A stretch of 64,000 nucleotides of DNA from a virus (Duplodnaviria; Heunggongvirae; Uroviricota; Caudoviricetes), in the IMG/VR virus record IMGVR_UViG_3300033405_000002, positions 179,595-243,594 of that record. One strand, 5' to 3'. The notes under the pieces are model-generated. The model was not told the origin of the DNA and made no database searches. It saw only the letters and a program-made list of their open reading frames with translations. The translations under genes and the position numbers were made by a program. Of the stretch, positions 9,054 to 15,327 are shown in pieces. Position 1 is the first letter of the stretch. Each line of letters begins with the position of its first letter.

Positions 9054-9268
9054 TGTGCGATCAATGCTGCACGTCCGGTCGAATTCAGTATCCGCCTGAA
9101 GGCACCACCGGGAGCGCCAAGTATGTTGGTGACTGCTGGAAGTGTGGCTGGCCTTGCTACGAAAATCTGAGCCATTCGTGCCCCACCGCGCCGCGCTATA
9201 CCGGGACGTACAAGTACGGCACTTCGTGGATTCTCAACGGCAACACCCACTCGATCACCAATGACTGA
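9050..9268 (+). CDS. Cys-rich small protein
   Basis: MMCDQCCTSG...CWKCGWPC. Confidence 0.5.
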   Translation: MMCDQCCTSGRIQYPPEGTTGSAKYVGDCWKCGWPCYENLSHSCPTAPRYTGTYKYGTSWILNGNTHSITND

Positions 9269-9509
9269 GCATTACTGTGAATTCGTTATTCTATTTGAGG
9301 GCGACCAAGACGCTTACGGCAACCCTGTTGATGAAGTGGTGCAGTGTGGCAAGGTTGCACACTTCAAAGACGAATTGGATAGCTGGTGGTGCGCCGACCA
9401 TTATGATGAGTTGATGGACATGGCAAACATACAGTACGTTGAAGGTCAGGGAGTTTGCCGCATCTGCAACTGCGAATTTTTCAACGGCGAGTGCAACTGC
9501 TCATCATGA
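9261..9509 (+). CDS. Cys-rich small protein, paralog A (WWCADHYDE motif)
   Basis: 82 aa; shares the W(W/F)CADHYDE motif with the next gene. Confidence 0.5.
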   Translation: MTEHYCEFVILFEGDQDAYGNPVDEVVQCGKVAHFKDELDSWWCADHYDELMDMANIQYVEGQGVCRICNCEFFNGECNCSS

Positions 9510-9796
9510 ATTTCTGTCAATACATTGTCGATTTTCACATGGAGCCGGGGGAAGACGGTGACCCGATTTTCTGCGATAAGCCCGCCCCGATCAAATGGGA
9601 TGGCTGCTGGTTTTGCGCCGATCATTACGATGAGGTCGTGGCGAGCGCGGCCAAGCCGAAGGGCGGTTACATCTATCGGCAAGGCATGGCGTCCATGCCG
9701 GGACTTGCCTTCCCAGACGAGAAGCTGTTCATTGGCGTAGATTTTGACGAGCTTAAAAACGCTGTATTTTCATTCTGTTACGGCTCGAAAAAATAA
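9506..9796 (+). CDS. Cys-rich small protein, paralog B (CWFCADHYDE motif)
   Basis: ATGA overlap with the upstream gene; tandem paralog. Confidence 0.5.
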   Translation: MNFCQYIVDFHMEPGEDGDPIFCDKPAPIKWDGCWFCADHYDEVVASAAKPKGGYIYRQGMASMPGLAFPDEKLFIGVDFDELKNAVFSFCYGSKK

Positions 9797-9809
9797 TTTT
9801 TCGCAAATC

Positions 9810-9839
9810 TGGACAAATTTTCCGAATTCGCAGTATAAT
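9810..9839 (+). promoter_or_regulatory. sigma70-type promoter TGGACA-N18-TATAAT with a conserved upstream AAAAATAATTTTCGCAAATC element
   Basis: near-identical ~50-bp copy at 16227-16278. Confidence 0.6.
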
Positions 9840-9858
9840 AGCAGCAGGAGAAGCAAAC

Positions 9859-10320
9859 ATGAAGCTCCAACTCGAAGGTCTCTAGGTTCATCCTTACTTC
9901 TACGTCTTTGTGCGACAGGACATTTCGCTCGCGCAACAGATAGTGCAGTCCAATCACGCCACATTTGAAGTTGCTCGTCGTCTCCCAACAGACTATAGCG
10001 AAGTTCCGCACATGGTTCTTATCGGTGTGCCCGATAAGGCTGCGCTCTTCCGCGTGGTCGAAAAACTCAACAAAAATGACATAGGACATCAGGTCTTCTA
10101 CGAGCCTGATGACAACATGGGTCTGTCCGCCGTGGCAACCGTGCCACTCGAACAGAGCCAGCGCCGCTGCCTGTCCAATTACGCGATCTGGCGCGATACG
10201 ACCAAGGACAAGCAGCAACGCGAAATGCTGGCGGAACGCCTCGCCGGACGCGCCGTGCCGCCTGATGCGTGGCTCGACTGCGGAACACCATATCTCAGTG
10301 AAGGGGCAGCCAATGACTAA
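9859..10320 (+). CDS. PTH2-family-like peptidyl-tRNA hydrolase. It has an in-frame TAG at 9883-9885 after the leader MKLQLEGL, so it needs amber readthrough. Alternatively it is a GTG-9910 start or a pseudogene
   Basis: AGGAG RBS then ATG 9859; TAG at codon 9; downstream frame 'VHPYFYVFVRQDISLAQQIVQSNHATFEV...HMVLIGVPDKAALF' resembles the PTH2 beta1-alpha1 core (VVR.D....AQ..HA); there is no ATG, GTG or TTG between the TAG and GTG 9910. Confidence 0.5.
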
Positions 10321-10567
10321 GCGCGTCTACATCAAGCTGTGGGTCTACAACTACGACAGGTCGCCGCGTGCGCACTGGGTGCAGCACAACTGTAAGTCCA
10401 TCGAGCAGGCGCAGCATCTTGTCAAACGGCTGCGCTCGCTGCAAGGCGTCCTGTACTCGGACAATCGCACTGGCGGCTGGCTGATGCGCAACCACAATAT
10501 TGACGGTTTTGTTGAGCACGGTGGAATCGAAGGCATTTACGAAGAGATCACTAGGAGAATACAATGA
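10313..10567 (+). CDS. hypothetical protein
   Basis: ATGACTAA overlap with the upstream stop. Confidence 0.5.
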   Translation: MTKRVYIKLWVYNYDRSPRAHWVQHNCKSIEQAQHLVKRLRSLQGVLYSDNRTGGWLMRNHNIDGFVEHGGIEGIYEEITRRIQ

Positions 10568-10956
10568 CAAACTCTGAACTCGCACAGCAAGCCTACGAGA
10601 TTAACAACCAGATTTATGAGATCGCCAACGAGGTGTTTGGCAAGTGCCGTGAGGCCGGAATTATCGACAAGCATTACGGCTTCGACAAGTATGAGCTTGA
10701 CCAGAAAGGTATGGAGATCACAGGCGAATACTACTCCTGTGGCGATACGGATTACGAGTCGTTCCACATCCCCTACGCCGATCTGGACAACATCGACGGT
10801 TTTGTCCAGAGACGCACGGCTGAGATTGCCGAAGAGAAGCGCAAGGCGATTGAGAAGCGTGCCGCTGAAGATGAGCAAAAGAAGGTAGCGGCGGCACAGG
10901 CTGAGCGCGAGCAGTATCTTAAACTCAAGGCAAAGTTCGAGGGAGCAGGACAATGA
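10564..10956 (+). CDS. hypothetical protein with a Lys/Glu-rich coiled-coil C-terminus
   Basis: 130-aa ORF. Confidence 0.55.
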   Translation: MTNSELAQQAYEINNQIYEIANEVFGKCREAGIIDKHYGFDKYELDQKGMEITGEYYSCGDTDYESFHIPYADLDNIDGFVQRRTAEIAEEKRKAIEKRAAEDEQKKVAAAQAEREQYLKLKAKFEGAGQ

Positions 10957-11624
10957 AAACGAAAGACCTAATCAGAGAGTTGCAGGAAGCCGACCCGTCC
11001 GGCGAGATTGAAGTTTGCGTGAACAACGTAGACATCTTCTGCGTGACGACGGAACCTGCTTATTGGGATGGCAGACTGCAACTTCTGGTTCGCGATGAAA
11101 AGCTGAAGCCTTATTTCGACGTCGTTGGCGGCAAGTACGTGACGAGCGGGTCGAAGGTGGTGATCCAGCCAATGAGCATCACAGATGTTCTCTGGGACAA
11201 CCCCGAGGCCCCTGTGGATTACTCAGAGCTTGGGGAAGCAACCGAACAGCGCTACAAAGCAACCGATGACGAGACACGGAAAGCCGCCCGCGACGTCGAA
11301 TTGAAGGTTGACATGGACGCGTTTCATCGTTGGGTGGAGAAGAAAACTCAGGAGATTCGTCCGGGCAACAGCGACAAGTGCCGGAGCGCGGCGGATTATT
11401 TTTACGAGAAGAACCTGAGTCCGAAAGACCCGGTGAAAGATTTGCCGCCGAAGAAAGAAAAGATGGGCGGTATCCTTGGGATCGGTGCAAAGGAATATGA
11501 AGTTTGGCCTAGCTGGAATGAACGCCGGGAAGCGAAGTGGGACGACGATCTGGAAGTTTACTGGCGCGGCGGCTGGGGCATCCGTAAAAAAGGTGAGACA
11601 AACGGAGACACATACAGTGATTGA
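10953..11624 (+). CDS. hypothetical protein; its N-terminus is paralogous to the ORF at 16068
   Basis: MKTKDLIRELQEADPSGEIEV compared with MTVREFIMELSDYDPDAEIVV. Confidence 0.55.
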   Translation: MKTKDLIRELQEADPSGEIEVCVNNVDIFCVTTEPAYWDGRLQLLVRDEKLKPYFDVVGGKYVTSGSKVVIQPMSITDVLWDNPEAPVDYSELGEATEQRYKATDDETRKAARDVELKVDMDAFHRWVEKKTQEIRPGNSDKCRSAADYFYEKNLSPKDPVKDLPPKKEKMGGILGIGAKEYEVWPSWNERREAKWDDDLEVYWRGGWGIRKKGETNGDTYSD

Positions 11625-11790
11625 TCTTTTGAAAATCTTCACGCGGACAGAGCGCGTGTGCTGCTGCGGTTCAGAAAACCCCGGTTCACACAAACTGCGT
11701 TGCGTGAAGTGTGGCAAAGATTATTGCTGGGGGATTTTATACGGTGTGACGTGTCCGCAATGCGGATACTGCGCCGAAATGGAAGATTAA
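11617..11790 (+). CDS. Cys-rich zinc-ribbon small protein (GTG start)
   Basis: CCCGSENPG...CVKCGKDYC...CPQCGYC. Confidence 0.4.
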   Translation: MIDLLKIFTRTERVCCCGSENPGSHKLRCVKCGKDYCWGILYGVTCPQCGYCAEMED

Positions 11791-11794
11791 GTTT

Positions 11795-11954
11795 GCGCGG
11801 GTAGCTCAGTGGGAAGTTGGAAGACGGGTTGATCTCCGTTACGACAGCTTCATGAGCGCCATCGGTGAGACAGGGGGAATGAGAGGGACGCTTCTTTGGA
11901 AGCCTGTCAATAAACGTGAAAGCAAGGGTGGTTCGATTCCATCCCCGCGCACCA
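11795..11954 (+). tRNA. tRNA-like gene, aberrant at 160 nt. It has canonical acceptor 5' and D-stem 5' ends (GCGCGGGTAGCTCAG) and a canonical T-arm, acceptor 3' strand and CCA, but about 90 nt are inserted between them
   Basis: acceptor GCGCGGG pairs with CCCGCGC; T-loop TTCGATT; paralog of the tRNA-like gene at 12432; no canonical D-stem 3' or anticodon arm identified. Confidence 0.35.
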
Positions 11955-11955
11955 A

Positions 11956-12028
11956 GGGCGGTTAGCTCAGTGAAAGAGCGCTCGGCTTGTCCGAGAGGTC
12001 GGGGGTTCAAGTCCTTCACCGCCCACCA
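11956..12028 (+). tRNA. tRNA-like gene with a shortened anticodon arm (5-bp stem CTCGG/CCGAG closed by a 5-nt loop CTTGT)
   Basis: acceptor GGGCGGT/ACCGCCC; D-arm GCTC...GAGC; T-loop TTCAAGT; encoded CCA. Confidence 0.4.
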
Positions 12029-12033
12029 AGTTA

Positions 12034-12155
12034 TGCAGGATAAAGGCTCAGGCGAAGATAGGTCGCACTTATCAGACCAAAAGCTGAAGTTGGCAACACG
12101 GCGCTTGCCCTCATCGTGAGATGAGAAACCGGGTTCGACTCCCGGCCCTGCACCA
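12034..12155 (+). tRNA. tRNA-like gene, long at about 120 nt. It has a T-arm and acceptor with a hairpin variable arm (CTCATCGTGAGATGAG), but no canonical D-arm or anticodon arm
   Basis: T-arm CCGGG-TTCGACT-CCCGG; 5' TGCAGGA pairs with 3' CCCTGCA; candidate anticodon hairpin has an 8-nt loop. Confidence 0.3.
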
Positions 12156-12289
12156 AATGTAAAACGGGCACACGCTGTTAGGGAACCGCGCCGTAAATGT
12201 TCTGTTAGAAAGAGCAGGACACTAGGCAGCGGACAGCAGCTTGCGGAGCCAAGTACGGCAAACTGAAAACGCGGGAAATACCATGGTGA

Positions 12290-12344
12290 GTACCGCGCAA
12301 GTAATCCGCATTCGCCGGAGGTTCGATTCCTCAGGTGCCCACCA
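12290..12344 (+). tRNA. tRNA 3'-half-like element (T-arm, acceptor 3' strand and CCA); no convincing 5' half found
   Basis: GGAGG-TTCGATT-CCTCA then GGTGCCC-A-CCA. Confidence 0.25.
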
Positions 12345-12354
12345 AGTTTGTTGC

Positions 12355-12430
12355 GCCTGATTAGCTCAGCGCAGAGCACCGGACTTTTAGTCCGGGGGTC
12401 GGCTGGTTCAACTCCGGTCATCAGGCTCCA
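12355..12430 (+). tRNA. tRNA-Lys(UUU)
   Basis: acceptor GCCTGAT/ATCAGGC; anticodon arm CCGGA-CTTTTAG-TCCGG; T-loop TTCAACT; CCA encoded. Confidence 0.6.
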
Positions 12431-12431
12431 T

Positions 12432-12505
12432 ACGCGGGTAGCTCAGAGAAAGAGCATCCGGCGCAAGCTGGAAGGTCGGTGGTTTAATTCCATCCCCGCG
12501 TGCCA
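12432..12505 (+). tRNA. tRNA-like gene in which the anticodon arm is replaced by a 6-bp hairpin capped by a GCAA (GNRA) tetraloop
   Basis: acceptor ACGCGGG/CCCGCGT; D-arm GCTC-AGAGAAA-GAGC; T-loop TTTAATT; TCCGGC-GCAA-GCTGGA. Confidence 0.4.
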
Positions 12506-12506
12506 C

Positions 12507-12541
12507 GGGGCTGTGGCGTTAGTAGCGTCGCAGCCCCACCA
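12507..12541 (+). other. acceptor-stem minihelix-like element: a 7-bp stem, a 17-nt loop, then A-CCA
   Basis: GGGGCTG...CAGCCCC-A-CCA immediately after the tRNA-like gene. Confidence 0.3.
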
Positions 12542-12607
12542 AGTTCATGAGTTTGTTGGAGTTGTATCGGTAGCCAAAGATGGTTGGTTTTCCGTATACT
12601 TGGGTAT

Positions 12608-12684
12608 GCGCCCGTAACGCTTAGCGGCTAAAGCTGTGGTCTCTAAAACCGTGATCGGGGGTTCGAGTCCCTCCGGGCGCACCA
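12608..12684 (+). tRNA. tRNA with anticodon CUA (amber suppressor type). It has two extra nt between the acceptor and the D-stem
   Basis: acceptor GCGCCCG/CGGGCGC; anticodon arm GTGGT-CTCTAAA-ACCGT with U33, CUA at 12643-12645 and A37; T-loop TTCGAGT; CCA encoded. Confidence 0.5.
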
Positions 12685-12713
12685 ACCTTCAGTATTAACC
12701 CCCAGCACAAGAT

Positions 12714-12817
12714 GCCCCGGTAGCTCAATAGCAGAGCAGCGGTCTCTAAAACCGTCCTCACTAGAGCAGCGGATGTTAATCCGTTGGTTACGGGTTCAAG
12801 TCCCGTCCGGGGTTCCA
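12714..12817 (+). tRNA. tRNA with anticodon CUA (amber suppressor type) and an about 34-nt variable arm
   Basis: canonical D-arm GCTC-AATAGCA-GAGC; anticodon arm GCGGT-CTCTAAA-ACCGT with CUA at 12746-12748; variable-arm hairpin CGGAT-GTTA-ATCCG; T-loop TTCAAGT; acceptor GCCCCGG/CCGGGGT. Confidence 0.55.
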
Positions 12818-12818
12818 C

Positions 12819-12893
12819 ACTCCTGTAGCTCAACGTGGCTAGAGCGCGGTCCCTAAAATCGCAGATGCGAGTTCGATGCTCGCCGGGAGTGCC
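12819..12893 (+). tRNA. tRNA with anticodon CUA (amber suppressor type, C33 variant)
   Basis: acceptor ACTCCTG/CGGGAGT; D-arm GCTC-AACGTGGCTA-GAGC; anticodon arm GCGGT-CCCTAAA-ATCGC with CUA at 12853-12855; T-arm GCGAG-TTCGATG-CTCGC; CCA. Confidence 0.5.
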
Positions 12894-12897
12894 AACG

Positions 12898-12926
12898 ATT
12901 GACAAATTCACTAGACGCGGTATTAT
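12898..12926 (+). promoter_or_regulatory. sigma70-type promoter TTGACAAATT...TATTAT, related to the TGGACAAATT family
   Basis: gaTTGACAaattcactagacgcggTATTATgtg, right after the last tRNA. Confidence 0.5.
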
Positions 12927-13034
12927 GTGAATGGCGATAGTACCTCGCAATAGAGAACCGTCAACATCCGATACGTAGAAGCTTCATGAAGTCGTTCGGT
13001 GAGAATCAGGGCTTGCGCGTGGTTGAGCTATGTG

Positions 13035-13058
13035 GGGGTGTGCAGCGCTGCACACCCC
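13035..13058 (+). promoter_or_regulatory. perfect 24-bp palindrome (candidate operator) between the promoter and the RBS
   Basis: GGGGTGTGCAGC|GCTGCACACCCC; no trailing T-run, so it is not a terminator. Confidence 0.45.
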
Positions 13059-13077
13059 TGCGCTATCTAGGATCGAA

Positions 13078-13569
13078 ATGAAACTCGCACGGATCGAACA
13101 TTGGCGTTGCGGTGAACCTATCGGTTGGAAGAACGGCAGCGGCTCCACGTATGTGTGGGTGCCCGATTCAATGACCGAAGAAGAGTTCAGCACGTTCTGT
13201 GAGAACGCCCGCCAATCTTACCTCCTCGTGGAAGAGGGGTTCAAAAAGAAAGCTCCGGTCTATCCACCGGGATACGGCCCGTCCATCGAGCATTACCCTG
13301 ACACCATGACGGTCGCTGAGATCAAGGCCGATCACGCAAAGAAAACCGCTGCATACAAAACGTACACAGATGAGTGCAATCGGGCGCGGAAGCCGTATTC
13401 GTGGCATCTGCAATTAGTCAGTGGTGGTACAATCAGACTGTTCTATGATGTGAAGCCAGAGCTTGAGTACGAGCTTTCATGGGGCCATAGACACGGCACC
13501 ACGATTGAGCACAGCGGCACTGACTTCGGCGATTATCCACCAAAAACAGAAGACGAGGACGGACTGTAA
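13078..13569 (+). CDS. hypothetical protein
   Basis: AGGA RBS; 163 aa. Confidence 0.5.
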   Translation: MKLARIEHWRCGEPIGWKNGSGSTYVWVPDSMTEEEFSTFCENARQSYLLVEEGFKKKAPVYPPGYGPSIEHYPDTMTVAEIKADHAKKTAAYKTYTDECNRARKPYSWHLQLVSGGTIRLFYDVKPELEYELSWGHRHGTTIEHSGTDFGDYPPKTEDEDGL

Positions 13570-13859
13570 TGCCAAGAAACCTTCACTGCGGATGTCTCTG
13601 CCACGGCTCCAACGGGAACCGGATCGGTGATGAATATTTCGCCTGCAAGAACTGCTATGCGGCGAACCACATGCACAACTTACCCAAGGTTGTGCCACAG
13701 CAGCGCACGAAGCCTGCTGGGAAACCCCGCAAGCCACGCCCTACCGCGCCGACTGGCACGATTGAAGCCGTTGCTGCCGCCGTAGCCACTGAAACTCCAA
13801 AGCTGGATCGCACGAAACCGTTGTATGATCGCAGCAAGAAGATCGAGCAGAACGTTTAG
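13569..13859 (+). CDS. zinc-finger protein with a basic C-terminus
   Basis: CGCLCHGSNGNRIGDEYFACKNC; ends with TAG. Confidence 0.5.
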   Translation: MPRNLHCGCLCHGSNGNRIGDEYFACKNCYAANHMHNLPKVVPQQRTKPAGKPRKPRPTAPTGTIEAVAAAVATETPKLDRTKPLYDRSKKIEQNV

Positions 13860-13993
13860 ACATTGACCGGAATCCGAAACGTATGTCGGAGGAAGGCAAT
13901 CCTTGGCAACAGGTTAATTGCACGTGTGCTCAACACATAAAATACCGAGCCGAGTCCGCCAGATGACCCGTTAGCAATGTGAGCCGTGTCCTA

Positions 13994-14076
13994 CCTTGAC
14001 TCGATAATATAGGTCGTGCGCCCGTGGCTCGTAAACACCGTGGATGTGTCTAGCCTTGACTCATAATGGTAGGCCG
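13994..14076 (+). repeat. two copies of an about 25-nt direct-repeat motif CCTTGACTC(G)ATAAT..GG.CGT spaced about 60 nt apart
   Basis: 13994-14018 and 14054-14076; TTGACT then ATAAT only 3-4 nt later, so it is not a standard sigma70 spacing. Confidence 0.4.
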
Positions 14077-14143
14077 TTCTCCTCGACCGTCAACCGGGGA
14101 AGGTTTCGGCGGGGGATTCCATAAAACCTGCCACAGTTTCCAG

Positions 14144-14365
14144 ATGAGCGACTTCACGGATTTCCTGATTGACGGCCCAGATCGTCCCCGCAAGAAGCCG
14201 AAGAAAGCACGGCGCTGCGTGAACTTTGACATCTGCGGTAAGCGCGTCTCCCCTCACAGTGACGAGAAACAGTGCTACTGGTGCATCAAAGCTGAGCGCT
14301 GCCCATCCTGCGGCGGCACGCCGGACGGCCCTTTTGGATGTGAAGATTGTATGGTACTATCCTGA
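14144..14365 (+). CDS. Cys-rich small protein
   Basis: CVNFDICGK...CYWC...CPSCGG...CEDC. Confidence 0.4.
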   Translation: MSDFTDFLIDGPDRPRKKPKKARRCVNFDICGKRVSPHSDEKQCYWCIKAERCPSCGGTPDGPFGCEDCMVLS

Positions 14366-14403
14366 TTTCTGGTATCATACATAGAACATCCAAGGAGGAT
14401 GCC

Positions 14404-15323
14404 ATGTCACAGCGGGACGCTTAAATGAGACTTTACGCCGTCATTTTGACGGGTATGGTCTCCCTTTCTCTTTTTCAACCAACGTAATCCCCGAAAACGA
14501 TCCAACCACTCTCTTCATTAGCGCGGGGATGCAACCACTCAAACCAAGGTTTCAGACGCCGGACGGCACAGGCTACGGCAATGTGCAGTATTGTGTGCGC
14601 ACGAACGACATTGACGAAGTGGGCGATGGCACGCATCTGACTTTCTTCCAGATGATCGGCAGCTTCGGCTTTGGCACCTACAACTACGAGAGCCACGTGC
14701 AGATGTGGTCGGACATCATGACCGACCTGAAGATTCCTATTGACCACGTGGACGTTCACCCAGACTCCCAGCTAGATTATCTGTGGCTTCAGCGCGGCTA
14801 CGGCGTGCGCATGAACCCGGAGTGTGTTTGGTCGGACGGCAATGTCGGCGGTTATTGCTGCGAACTATTCACGCCGGACGGACTCGAAGTAGGCAATCTG
14901 GTGAACCCATTGCAGCACTCCGTGGACGTAGGATTCGGCTACGAACGAATCTTGCAGATCATGGAGGGCAAATCTCGCGTGGATGAGACGAGCCTTTTCA
15001 ACCAGTTTCTCGATCCGATTTCTCGCGACCATTTTCGCACGCTCAACGTGTTTCATGAGCAAGGGATTGTTCCGGGGAACAAAGGGCGGAATTACGTCTG
15101 CCGCCGCCTGATTCGCCGCTTTATCCGGTTGAATCCAAACGGTTTAGAGTGTTCGTTCATGGATTGGATGGATGATGAACGAATCCGCATGGAGAATTCG
15201 ATCCGCGACGGGCGCAAGCATTGGCGCAGGAATAAACGCAAACTCCCACCAATACCGAACTCGTTCTATTGGGAGACTTTCGGCATCATGCCCGATGAGA
15301 TGGTATTAGTGAAAGAGGAATAG
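14404..15323 (+). CDS. alanyl-tRNA synthetase catalytic-domain fragment (mini-AlaRS). It is split into an SD-ATG leader MSQRDA-TAA (14404-14424) and a -1 frame (14385-15323); it needs a -1 frameshift, or it is a pseudogene or carries a sequencing indel
   Basis: frame-0 region 'ENDPTTLFISAGM...QYCVR...THLTFFQMIGSFGFGTYNYESH...VDVGFGYERILQI...GNKGRNYVCRRLIRRFIRL' matches the E. coli AlaRS motifs HNDPTLLFTNAGM, QRCVR, HHTFFEMLGNFSFGDYFK, IDTGMGLERI and GRGYVLRRIIRRA; AlaRS-like homology extends 48 codons upstream of the first ATG (14529) with no start codon in that frame; the AAGGAGGA RBS serves ATG 14404 in the +1 frame; ends with TAG. Confidence 0.6.
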
Positions 15324-15327
15324 AACT

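Noticed and set aside
9664-9687. Shared GGYIYRQG octapeptide between the 9506 protein and the 53001 protein
   Set aside because: Only 24 nt with 3 mismatches and no flanking similarity, so it is most likely coincidence.
11639-12421. 260-aa minus-strand ORF
   Set aside because: Spans the tRNA array and is an artefact of the GC-rich tRNA sequence on the opposite strand.
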